DNA from: Candidatus Bathyarchaeota archaeon
Lineage (GTDB): Archaea; Thermoproteota; Bathyarchaeia; Bathyarchaeales; Bathycorpusculaceae
Assembly (NCBI GenBank): GCA_963768425.1
Contig: CAVYHV010000015.1
Span: 63,620-127,619 of the forward strand
DNA: 64,000 bases
Reading direction: 5' to 3'
Part shown: positions 42,194-51,142 of the stretch, one piece after another
How the letters are laid out: each line of letters opens with the position of its first letter
Numbering within the stretch: the first letter of the stretch is position 1
Notes under the pieces: generated by a model
Told to the model about the DNA's origin: nothing
The model's database searches: none
The model's input: the letters and a program-made list of their open reading frames with translations, nothing else
Translations under genes and position numbers: made by a program

Positions 42194-42660
42194 TATGATG
42201 CACCTTTCCTGCGCTCGTACAATATTATGGCGATTCCCAAAGCAACCGTTAAAATGACCAGGGCTTGCAAGACGACATCCAGTCCGTTCAGGTTCCACAA
42301 AGCGTTGCCGAAGCTAGAAGTGGAAACGCCATAAGATCCTCCTGAAGATGAAACTGAAAGGAAAAGTGCTGGCAATGACAAAACCACCCCTACGCCAAGC
42401 AGTGCACCGAGTTTTTCAGGCGACGTTTTCTTCAAAGCTTTATCGCTCAGCATTTCTCCTGAAAGGAAAAGGATAGCTAATGTCCCCACGCTTACGGCAA
42501 ACTGGAAGATTGCTGCGTATGTTGAGCCGTTTTCCCAGTAAAGCAGCGCGGTAAAGAGGAAAGTTCCCGAAAATGCTGCAACGGAATAGACCACTTCGTC
42601 AAGGAAAAGTGCGAGGCACGCCGATATTATGATTCCGATTGAAAGGATTTCAAGAATCAC
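42193..42660 (-). CDS. NuoJ-like subunit
   Basis: 5 TM; position between NuoI-like and NuoK-like genes. Confidence 0.8.
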   Translation of the reverse strand: MILEILSIGIIISACLALFLDEVVYSVAAFSGTFLFTALLYWENGSTYAAIFQFAVSVGTLAILFLSGEMLSDKALKKTSPEKLGALLGVGVVLSLPALFLSVSSSGGSYGVSTSSFGNALWNLNGLDVVLQALVILTVALGIAIILYERRKGAS

Positions 42661-43121
42661 TATTTTGAAGCCTCCTTTGGATTAGGCCTTATTATTAATG
42701 ATTTTTTGTCAGTGGTCGCCAGCTCGTACTCGGTTGAAGAGGTTATGGCGTTTCTTGGGCAGCTTTCGACGCATTGGTTGCAGAAGATGCATTTGTTAAG
42801 GTCGAATTGGGGACGTTTTTTGCCGTCAACTTCAACGATTTCTATCGCGAAAGCTGGGCAATCTCGAGCGCAGACCGTGCAATTCGTGTTTACTAGCTTT
42901 TGGACGTCGAATCCGATTTGGCGTTGAGTTCCGCTTAGGTCAATCATGTTGCATGTACGGATGGCGTACTCGGGTTTGCCACGGTAGTCTTCTGGAAGCT
43001 TAGGTTTCACGAAGGGGTACTTGGTCGTTGCGGGTTTGGTGAAGATATGTGAAGCTGTTCTTCGCCACATTGGAGAAAGTAAGCCTGATTTCTTTTTCTT
43101 TTGAGTTTTCTTGTCAGTCAT
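42660..43121 (-). CDS. NuoI-like 2x[4Fe-4S] subunit
   Basis: T.KYPF...YRG, CTVCARDCP, CIFCNQCVESCP. Confidence 0.88.
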   Translation of the reverse strand: MTDKKTQKKKKSGLLSPMWRRTASHIFTKPATTKYPFVKPKLPEDYRGKPEYAIRTCNMIDLSGTQRQIGFDVQKLVNTNCTVCARDCPAFAIEIVEVDGKKRPQFDLNKCIFCNQCVESCPRNAITSSTEYELATTDKKSLIIRPNPKEASK

Positions 43122-43123
43122 AG

Positions 43124-44131
43124 TCACAGCACCGGGTAAACCCATGTTATCATAGCTACGGTCAGCATTAGCGACAGCACCGCTAAAGGCAAGATTATTT
43201 TCCAGTTAGCCGACAACACCTGGTCGATGCGAAGCCTCGCAAACAGGGTTGTTACGTATTCAGTAATTATCACGACGGCTAGCAGTTTGAGCACAAACCA
43301 CAACGAATACCAGAACGCCGGTAACCCGCCGAAGACAGGCCCATATGGTCCTCCAAGGAACAATTCAACCACAAGCGCAGCTCCAAAGACAATTTGCACG
43401 TCACGTGTCAGGTGAAGGAATGCGAGTTTAGCCCCTGTGTACTCGGTTTCTATTCCGCCGACCAGTTCGCTTTCTGCGTCTGGAACGTCGAAGGGATCTT
43501 TTTCAAGTTCTGCTTGAATTGTGATTAGGAAAAGCACGAAAGCCCACGGAGCCATGATGATGAAGGGAACCACTTTATTGACCTGGTACGATGCGATGGC
43601 GAATATGCTTAGGCTTCCCGCAATGAAAGCAGGGGTTAATGCTAGGATGAAGAGCGGTATGTCGTATCCTAAAAACTGTGTGAGTACTCTTGCTGAGCTG
43701 ATCGTGCCGTAGGGGTTCGAGGATGCCCAGCCTGAAAGGAACAGCAAAAAGCTTGCTATGGTGGAGAACGTTAAGATAACGACAAGGTCGCCTGGAAAGC
43801 CGCTTGTAGAAATCACGCTTCCTCCGTCGATGGGTAAGAAGCACATTGCGAAAACCATCATTGCAAAAGCAGCGAGCGGCGCAAACTTGAAGACAATTTT
43901 CTTTGCGTTTCTCGGCTCGATTTCTTCTTTGGTTAACAATTTTATGAAATCGGCTAGTGGCTGAAAAAGCCCAGCTGGTCCTGCAACCATTGGGCCAACG
44001 CGGTTTTGTATGCGGGCTTCAAGTTTTCTCTCTACCCAGTCACAAAACAGTGTTAGGAGCAGAATAAACGTGAAGCCCGGGAAAATAAGTATCCGTGCTA
44101 TCAGCCAGAAGTCAACGGCCATTGAGCTCAC
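43124..44131 (-). CDS. NuoH-like membrane subunit
   Basis: ERKLEARIQNRVGP, QPLADFIKLL.KE, PFDVPDAESELV.G..TEY. Confidence 0.92.
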   Translation of the reverse strand: MSSMAVDFWLIARILIFPGFTFILLLTLFCDWVERKLEARIQNRVGPMVAGPAGLFQPLADFIKLLTKEEIEPRNAKKIVFKFAPLAAFAMMVFAMCFLPIDGGSVISTSGFPGDLVVILTFSTIASFLLFLSGWASSNPYGTISSARVLTQFLGYDIPLFILALTPAFIAGSLSIFAIASYQVNKVVPFIIMAPWAFVLFLITIQAELEKDPFDVPDAESELVGGIETEYTGAKLAFLHLTRDVQIVFGAALVVELFLGGPYGPVFGGLPAFWYSLWFVLKLLAVVIITEYVTTLFARLRIDQVLSANWKIILPLAVLSLMLTVAMITWVYPVL

Positions 44132-45700
44132 CTGTCAGTGCATGAGAAGCATGGGTCTAAACTAACAAAGTTCGGCGGAACGTCAGCTATGTTCTCTCCA
44201 ATCGCTGTCTTGAGGAACGCTGGAATGTTAGCGTATGTTGGAGTGCGGATTTTTACTCTTTCAGGCGAAGCGGAGCCGTTGCCTTTGACATAGTAGAAAA
44301 GTTCGCCTCTTGGGGCTTCGACGCGGTGGATAGCTTCTCCAACTGGAACGTATCTTGGCACGTCAACGCGGAAGGGTCCTTTCGGCATGTGGTCAAGCGC
44401 GTACTCGATTATGTTGATGCTTTCTTCAAGTTCATCCATGCGCACGTTCATTCTTGCCCAAGTGTCGCCAGCCGTTGTAGACGATTTCTTTGAATGGAAT
44501 TTCCCCGTAGGCCTCGTAGGGGTCATCTTTGCGTACGTCAATGTCATAGCCTGATCCACGGGCTACTGGTCCGACAACGCATAGCTTTATTGCGTCTTCC
44601 CTTGAAAGTACACCTTCGTTTTGCATTCTGGCACGTATTGATGGCTCGTCCGTGTAGACTTTCCTGTAGAACGGCAGCTTCTTTTTCAGATCAGACAGGG
44701 TAGTCTTAATTTTGGGAATGTCTGTGTCCTTTGAGGTCCCGTCTAACGCCGCCGATAGTCATAAGTGAAGCGTAAACGCGGTTGCCGCTGGTCAACTCAA
44801 TTAAGTCCATTATGGGTTCTCGGTCTCTCCAGAAGTACTGGAACAGTGTTTCGTACCCAATTTCCAATCCCGCGTGACCGAGCGTGAGCAGGTGGCTGTG
44901 CAGCCTGTTAAGCTCAAGCGCTACAACTCGTCAGGTATTTGGCTCTTGGCGGAACATCTGTTTTTAAGATCTTTTCGACGGCGCCGACAAATCCGTATGC
45001 GTGGCAGGCGTTGCAGATTCCGCAGACCCGCTCTACAAGGTAAACGTCTTGAACGTAGGTTCGTGTTTCAGCTGATTTTTCTATGCCTCTGTGTACGTAG
45101 CCGATTCTGGGTTCAACCTTTGTTACAACTTCCCCGTCAACGGTAACCGCGAATTTTTCAGGCTCCAAAAGCGCCGGGTGCTGTGGACCGATGATGAACT
45201 TCACGATTTTTTTGTCTTCAGGAATTTTTTCTTCCGGCGGCGAAGGATTAAGTTTTACTTCAGCAGGATTAACGTCCTTTCTAAGCGGGAAAATCCCTTC
45301 AGGCCAGTTTTCCGACAGAAGAAAGTGCCCTTTAAGCTCGTTGCCGTCGAACATTACGCCGAAGAGGTCTGATACTTCCAGTTCATGGAAAAGTGCACCT
45401 GGGATAATGTCGGTTATTGTTTGGAGTCTTGGGTTTTCTTTAGGCACCTCAGCTCGTAAGCCGAAGAAGCCCTTTTGCTGTGTGAACGTGAAATATAACG
45501 CCCAAGTTTGCGCCAAGGTCTAAGCCTGTTATGGCGGTTATGCCTGTTTTTGCGTCAGCCTCAACCATGGCTTTGAGGACTTCTCTGTGCAAACCGTTTG
45601 TGCTTATGGCGGCTGTGCCGAGTAGTCCTGGTTGAATTTGGACCTTTGAGCCAAATTTAGATTCAATTACCTTAACGATGTCTACTTCACTGTTTGGCAT
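44128..45700 (-). CDS. Group 4 [NiFe]-hydrogenase large subunit with fused NuoC-like domain (four +1 frameshifts)
   Basis: GPQHP, GYVHRGIEK, ERVCGIC (L1), ELNRLHSH, VEAPRGE, DPCFSCTDR (L2); removing 4 bases (~45472, ~44934, ~44732, ~44472) gives 522 aa. Confidence 0.88.
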
Positions 45701-46242
45701 CTTGTTTTGCCTCCATATACTGGTTTAGCTTCTGGCGGAGCCACCACAACTTGCGGTTCAGCAGCTGGCTTTGCCGCTTCCTTGGCGGGTTCAGCTTTTT
45801 TGGGTTGCTTCTTTGGTTTAGGCGGGTTTAAGGCGTTTAGAAGTTTGACGGCGCCGTCTATGATTGCTTCTGGACGCGGTGGGCATCCTGGTATGTAAGC
45901 TGTAACTGGGATTATTTTGTCGACGCCTCCGACTACGTTGTAGTTTCCTTCGAAAACTCCGCCGCTGCATGCGCAAGCTCCGATGGCGACGACGAATTTT
46001 GGCTGGGGCATCTGATCGTAAACCCGTTTTAGCCGTTCTGCGCATTGCTGCGTAACACAGCCTGTGACAAGAAGAACGTCAGCGTGCCTTGGGGATGGTT
46101 CAAGTTTTATGCCGAAGCGTTCAACGTCGTATTTCGGCGTTAGGAGTGCAACGATTTCTATGTCGCATCCGTTGCAGGCGCCTGAGTTAAAATGCAGGAC
46201 CCATGGGGATTTGACCCGAGCCCAAGTTACTGTGCCAGGCAT
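45682..46242 (-). CDS. NuoB-like hydrogenase small subunit
   Basis: CNGCDIE, SPRHAD, GACAC.GG, IPGCPPRPE. Confidence 0.93.
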   Translation of the reverse strand: MPGTVTWARVKSPWVLHFNSGACNGCDIEIVALLTPKYDVERFGIKLEPSPRHADVLLVTGCVTQQCAERLKRVYDQMPQPKFVVAIGACACSGGVFEGNYNVVGGVDKIIPVTAYIPGCPPRPEAIIDGAVKLLNALNPPKPKKQPKKAEPAKEAAKPAAEPQVVVAPPEAKPVYGGKTRCQTVK

Positions 46243-46572
46243 TTACTCTTTGCCTCCTTCAAGAAGAACCAAGCCTGCAGCAAGAATTATGCCGAGGTAC
46301 AAGAAAAGCAGAAGTGGGTTGGTGTTTGCCAATGCGAAAGAAGCAAAAGCAAGAACTAATACGGCTGAATCAAAAATAACAAAGTAAATCAGGTACTTGT
46401 AGAGGGAAACGTTGATTCTTAAGCCGTGGAAAACCACTTTTTCTCCGCAAGCGTACGATGCCTGCTCGTTTTCACTTATGGTGGTTTTAGGCGCTGAACG
46501 TTTGCCTAAACTGTAAATCACGTATGTGCAGACGAATATGAGTACGAATGCGATTGCTGCTTCAACAATCAT
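46243..46572 (-). CDS. NuoA-like subunit
   Basis: YACGE loop, Y.YLIYFVIFD; 3 TM. Confidence 0.85.
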   Translation of the reverse strand: MIVEAAIAFVLIFVCTYVIYSLGKRSAPKTTISENEQASYACGEKVVFHGLRINVSLYKYLIYFVIFDSAVLVLAFASFALANTNPLLLFLYLGIILAAGLVLLEGGKE

Positions 46573-46895
46573 CAGACATTTCTCCCTTAACGCTTTCGTG
46601 CTTGTTCATTTTTGCTTTTTCAGGGTTAGCGCCAAGTCCGCGAATGTTAGTTCCATAAGAAGTTCGGAGAAGGCGACTAACGCACAATGAAGCGCAATTG
46701 TCTTGGTTGCATAGTAGTCTCTCCCGCACAGCTCTTTGTTCTCCCTACTACCCCGAGATATTTCTCTATAATGTAATCTTCTTACATTTAAATATTAACA
46801 AGCGAAGCCAAAACAAATTCCATGGGAGCAACAAGGAAAAAACCACTCAGAAACTCGATTTCGGATGTATTCGCATGCGTTAAAACATTAAAGTG

Positions 46896-47022
46896 TATTT
46901 AGGTTACCAGTCAAGAAACGCAACGCACGCGTAGGTTAGGGAGGGGGTCTATCTTCTTGTGTGTACAAGCCGACCGGTCGGTCAAATGTATATACACTTT
47001 GTCAATACATTTTGTCAATACA
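46896..47022 (+). repeat. Direct repeat copy 1 (G-run, palindrome, 13-bp units)
   Basis: 24-bp core TGTGTGTACAAGCCGACCGGTCGG at 46958-46981 is identical to 49077-49100; ATACACTTTGTCA/ATACATTTTGTCA units follow. Confidence 0.85.
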
Positions 47023-47121
47023 ATGCCAATGTTCGCAATCGCCCTGACGATCTAAGCGCTCTGATTCCGCAAACCTATACCAAAAGCAACAAAAACCATG
47101 GCAAAAGTGGAGAAGACTGGG

Positions 47122-47835
47122 TTAAAGTCCTTTGATTCCGAATTTGTTGTGATGCGTGAAGTCTTCTATCTCTCGTCGGACCCTAAGGTATTTGCTTGCA
47201 CCAGTCGGGTAGCCTAAGCGGCATGTGTAAGCGATTTTTATGTAATCCGGCACTGCCAAGAGCTTCTTTATTTCTGTTTCAACTGGCGGGGCAGAGAAGG
47301 CGCTTAGAATTTGAAGTCCAATTCCTAAAGACTGGGCGATCAACCACATGTTTTCCATGAGGCAGCCAAGACTAATGAAGCCTAACACGTCACCATGCGA
47401 GGCAGGTGCTCTTTTTCTAGAGTCATAAATTACGAATAGGAGTGTTGGGCTTCCCCTGATTGATTGGGAAATCGGCATAGGTGTGGCTTTTTTTACGGCG
47501 TCAGATATTTTCGCGGGGTCAATCCATTCCGGCGGAAACATTGCACCTAAAATCCCCGTTTTCTTCTGCATTAGCTCTTCTTTTGAAAATGAAAGTTGCT
47601 CGTAGTTTTCGCGAAGGAACTCTTCGGAAATACGTGATTTTATGTTTCCAATCTGGTTCAAAACGGATTCGTCGTCTACAACTACAATTTCGAAGTTCTG
47701 CATGTTATGCGCTGTAGGTGTCCATTTTGCTGCCTCAAGAATCTTATGCAAGTCCTCCTTAGAGACGGAACGGTTTTTGTCAAAAGGCACACGCGCAGAT
47801 TGCCTTTCTTGAATAATCTTGAGTGTTTCGCTCAT
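47122..47835 (-). CDS. Nitroreductase family protein
   Basis: I..RQSAR, ILEAAKWTPTAHNMQ, ENMWL.AQSLGIG, LGYP. Confidence 0.9.
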   Translation of the reverse strand: MSETLKIIQERQSARVPFDKNRSVSKEDLHKILEAAKWTPTAHNMQNFEIVVVDDESVLNQIGNIKSRISEEFLRENYEQLSFSKEELMQKKTGILGAMFPPEWIDPAKISDAVKKATPMPISQSIRGSPTLLFVIYDSRKRAPASHGDVLGFISLGCLMENMWLIAQSLGIGLQILSAFSAPPVETEIKKLLAVPDYIKIAYTCRLGYPTGASKYLRVRREIEDFTHHNKFGIKGL

Positions 47836-47837
47836 GT

Positions 47838-48851
47838 CTAAGCCTCGCTTACTTTTAACACCGCTCGGAAACGAACCTTTGCAGTCATCATGCGCTCAAA
47901 AGCCATTGCCGCTTGCTCAAGCGGAAACACCTCAACCATCGGAACAACATGCGTGATGACGCTGAAGTTCAATGTGTCAGCTGCGTTTCCTCCAACCCAG
48001 CCGCTGACGGAGCGCACGGCACGCATCAACTGAACAGGCGAAATCTGCATTGGCTCATTAACGAATGTGATAATTATTAATTGCCCGTTTCGCGCAAGAC
48101 CATTGACAAGCTCTGAGATAGCTTTGCTGTTCGGTGCAGTGCAGAAGATTGCTCGTGCGCCACCCATTTTCATCAATTCTTCAGCGGCATTCTTTGCGCT
48201 TGAGTCAATGTAGATTTGGGCACCCAACTTACGCGCCAACTCCTCCTTATCTGACCCGCGGGAAATCACCGCAACCTTCAACCCAAGCTTTACAGCAAAC
48301 TGCAGCGCTAAATGACCCAGACCGCCTAAACCTTGAATTGCAACTAAATCGCCGCCTTTCGCCTGGCTACTTTTCAACGCACCAAGTGTTGTTGCCCCTG
48401 CACAAAGAAGCGGTGCAGCCTCCACAGAACTCAACTCTTCAGGAATCGCAGTCAGAACATCCATTCGGGCAACCATATACTCGGCGTAGCCACCGTCAGA
48501 TGAAATCCCTGTTGCCAAGGGACTCTCACACGCCCAAAAATCCCCTTTCAAACATGACCTGCAATGCGTACAGTGCCCGCCACGCCAGCCGACACCGACA
48601 CGCTGACCTACGCGCCAATAATGCGACTCAGAACCCAACTTTGCAATTGTGCCGACGACTTCGTGACCAGGTGTCCTGGGATACGAAAGCCCTGGGAAAT
48701 ATCCTTCTTTGACAATTGCGTCGCCATGGCAAACGCCGCATGCTTGCACTTTGAGAAGAACTTCATGTTCTCTTGGCTCAGGAATCTCTTTTTGCACCAG
48801 CTTGAAATCTCCGCCAGGTGCACTAACTTGAATTGCTTTCATTAACGCCAC
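47838..48851 (-). CDS. Zinc-dependent alcohol dehydrogenase
   Basis: GVCH.D, PGHEVVG, CxxCxxC..C, GLGGLG. Confidence 0.93.
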   Translation of the reverse strand: MALMKAIQVSAPGGDFKLVQKEIPEPREHEVLLKVQACGVCHGDAIVKEGYFPGLSYPRTPGHEVVGTIAKLGSESHYWRVGQRVGVGWRGGHCTHCRSCLKGDFWACESPLATGISSDGGYAEYMVARMDVLTAIPEELSSVEAAPLLCAGATTLGALKSSQAKGGDLVAIQGLGGLGHLALQFAVKLGLKVAVISRGSDKEELARKLGAQIYIDSSAKNAAEELMKMGGARAIFCTAPNSKAISELVNGLARNGQLIIITFVNEPMQISPVQLMRAVRSVSGWVGGNAADTLNFSVITHVVPMVEVFPLEQAAMAFERMMTAKVRFRAVLKVSEA

Positions 48852-49017
48852 AAAACTTCACCGCCAGCTTTACCGTTCGATAAGATATAAATTTTGTTGA
48901 CATAAGAAAATCCTTGCGATTTCAACGCATGAAGTTTTATCACTGGTGAACCAAGAAAAAACCGTTTTAGAAATTCGATTTTGGATGGATTCGATGGCAT
49001 TGCAACACACTGAAAAC

Positions 49018-49155
49018 TATTAGCTAACCAATCAAGAAACGCGCCAACATGAGTAGGGGAGGGGGGTCCATCTTTGTGTGTGTACAAGCCGACCGGTCGG
49101 GTCAATGTCGGTACACTTTGACGGTACAGTTTGACGGTACAGTTTGGCGGTACAG
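49018..49155 (+). repeat. Direct repeat copy 2 with 13-bp tandem units
   Basis: CGGTACACTTTGA, CGGTACAGTTTGA, CGGTACAGTTTGG, CGGTACAG at 49109-49155 after the shared core. Confidence 0.85.
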
Positions 49156-49191
49156 GTGCGCGCATGTTTGTTCCCGAAATTAAATGGGGAA

Positions 49192-49240
49192 AAAGATTAA
49201 AATTTAATCCCCCAAACACACACACTAAATTTTAATCTTT
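49192..49240. repeat. Perfect 15-bp AT-rich inverted repeat
   Basis: AAAGATTAAAATTTA (49192-49206) / TAAATTTTAATCTTT (49226-49240), 19-nt spacer. Confidence 0.8.
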
Positions 49241-49421
49241 CTCTCTCTCCTTCCCCTACTTCCCTACTCTATTCTATTCTTCTCTTCTCTCTTATGCACA
49301 CACACCACGCGTATCACGTATAGCGTATTTCACACGCACGAATAATCAAGAATAGAGTGTATATACCCAAACCTCTTAAAATGAAAAGGAATTGAATGAA
49401 TAGAGAATTAAGGAAAAAATT

Positions 49422-50186
49422 ATGAACTTATCAAATCTTTCAAGAACGGCGGTGAGTACTCTCATTTGCCGAGCAGTTGAATCGGAATTGAAAAATTCCA
49501 AATTACATGATCCTATGGCGGTTCAGATTTTAGAGACGTTGTTATCAATTTCGTCAGAAGAAGACAAGAAATGGATATTAAAGTGGAAAAAGAGGTATGG
49601 AAGTTTTTGGTCTGATGACAGGAGACAAGGTATTGAAAGGGTAAACAAGTTCGATAAGATAACAAAGGAATATATTTCCCAGAATAATAATTGCCATATC
49701 GTTAATCTGGGTTGTGGTCTGGATACCATGTACTGGCGAATCCAATCCGATACGTGCACATATATCGAACTGGATTTACCAGAAATTATTAATCTAAAAA
49801 AGGAACTTTTGGGGAATCAAATTCCCTATGAAATGATTGCATATTCTGTATTAGATACAAACTGGCTTGATACAATAACTGAACCCGGCAGTTCAAATTT
49901 TCTATTCATTGCCCAAGGATTACTCTATTATTTACCCAGAGAAGGCGTTGTTCATCTTTTTAAAACGATTTCGGAAAAAGTAATCAAATCTGAAATAGTA
50001 TTTGATTTGATGCCTCGCTTTTTAACAAGAGGGTTATTTAAATGGTTAGAGAAATTAGTTTTTGGAATTACGTTTACGTTTAGCGTGAAGAATGAATCCG
50101 AAATCGAATCATTTGCGAACGGTCTCAAAGTTACATCCTTTGATAAGGCGTTCCCATTTCAATATATTACTGTTAACATAAATTAA
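49422..50186 (+). CDS. Class I SAM methyltransferase, LCM/TcmP-like
   Basis: RAVES...DP.A, IVNLGCGLDT, ELDLPE, AQGLLYYL; AT-rich. Confidence 0.88.
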   Translation: MNLSNLSRTAVSTLICRAVESELKNSKLHDPMAVQILETLLSISSEEDKKWILKWKKRYGSFWSDDRRQGIERVNKFDKITKEYISQNNNCHIVNLGCGLDTMYWRIQSDTCTYIELDLPEIINLKKELLGNQIPYEMIAYSVLDTNWLDTITEPGSSNFLFIAQGLLYYLPREGVVHLFKTISEKVIKSEIVFDLMPRFLTRGLFKWLEKLVFGITFTFSVKNESEIESFANGLKVTSFDKAFPFQYITVNIN

Positions 50187-50201
50187 ATCCTATAGCGCGC
50201 T

Positions 50202-50503
50202 GCCTTGTCCCGATACTACGTGTTGAAATAGGTTGGTGACACTGCTTTATCGTATCTTCCTATGTTTTGGGCTGCTTCTCGGTTCAGAACCAAGCATAGA
50301 ATGCTAAAGGGCGGTCTACCAGGTCCATCGTTGAGGAAGCAATTGAACGAAACTGTTTTGGCAAAGCCTAAGTCTATGTTTTTGAAGAGGGTTTCTAGAG
50401 TTTCGTGTTCATCTTGTCCCGAGATTCACCTCCTAAGCGTGGGCTGACCCACTTGATATCGGAACCCAACTAAAAATAAACATTAATAATTTCGGGACAA
50501 GCC
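50202..50503 (-). mobile_element. Internally deleted IS (302 bp) with fused transposase N/C-terminal remnants
   Basis: TIRs GCCTTGTCCCGA / TCGGGACAAGCC; flanks AGCGCGCT and AGCACGCA (6/8 match); minus frame GQDEHETLETLFKNIDLGFAK...GPGRPPFSILCLVLNREAAQNIGRYDKAVSPTYFNT* stops next to the TIR. Confidence 0.8.
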
Positions 50504-50597
50504 AGCACGCAGAGCTCAGTAGACTGAGATAGACCAGAAGGGCCAAAAATGGCAAGAGAATTATTTATTACTGAAAATCAACACAAGACCAGGGCTT

Positions 50598-51110
50598 TCA
50601 ACAATGGACTAGAACGACTTCGCCGGGAGCGAGCCAAATATCACCGTAGAACTGGAGGACATGCCAGCCGAAAAGCCGCCGAAGCTCCAAGAAACCAATC
50701 TTTCGAAAACCATTTCGGCTTAAGACAGCCAAGGCGGAGGCGTTTCGTCTTTGCGTGGAAGCAAACACCGCTTCTGAGCCGTCACGTTTGAGATGCTTAA
50801 TGCCTTCAATTGTTAGTGCACTGGCAATGCCTTTTCGGCGGAAATCTGGGTGAACTGCAATCCAGAGGATGCAGCCGAACTTTTTGCTGCTTATGTTGAA
50901 TTCGATAAGTTTGGCAAACCCAGCCACTGTTCCATGTGCCTCGCTTATGAGCACATGCCCTTCTTCTGAAAGTAAGCTGTGGATAGCAAAGAATCCCATG
51001 AATCTTGAAAAGGACAAAGCCGCTATTTCTTTAAGCCTGCTCGCATCATTTGGGGACATCGGCCTTATTGCAAATTCAACAGTCACTGCAACACTCCTTG
51101 CGGATAACAA
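50598..51110 (-). CDS. GNAT family N-acetyltransferase
   Basis: IAVHPDFRRKGIAS motif A, N.SA....RNGF. Confidence 0.88.
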   Translation of the reverse strand: MLSARSVAVTVEFAIRPMSPNDASRLKEIAALSFSRFMGFFAIHSLLSEEGHVLISEAHGTVAGFAKLIEFNISSKKFGCILWIAVHPDFRRKGIASALTIEGIKHLKRDGSEAVFASTQRRNASALAVLSRNGFRKIGFLELRRLFGWHVLQFYGDIWLAPGEVVLVHC

Positions 51111-51142
51111 ACTAATAAAAATTCAGCGTAAAATCTTTTTAC

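Noticed and set aside
36770-46572. Calling the operon NADH dehydrogenase or Fpo
   Set aside because: No NuoEFG or FpoF, and both Ni-binding CxxC motifs are present
49109-49155. Tandem repeats as a CRISPR array
   Set aside because: 13-bp contiguous units with no spacers, and no cas genes in the window
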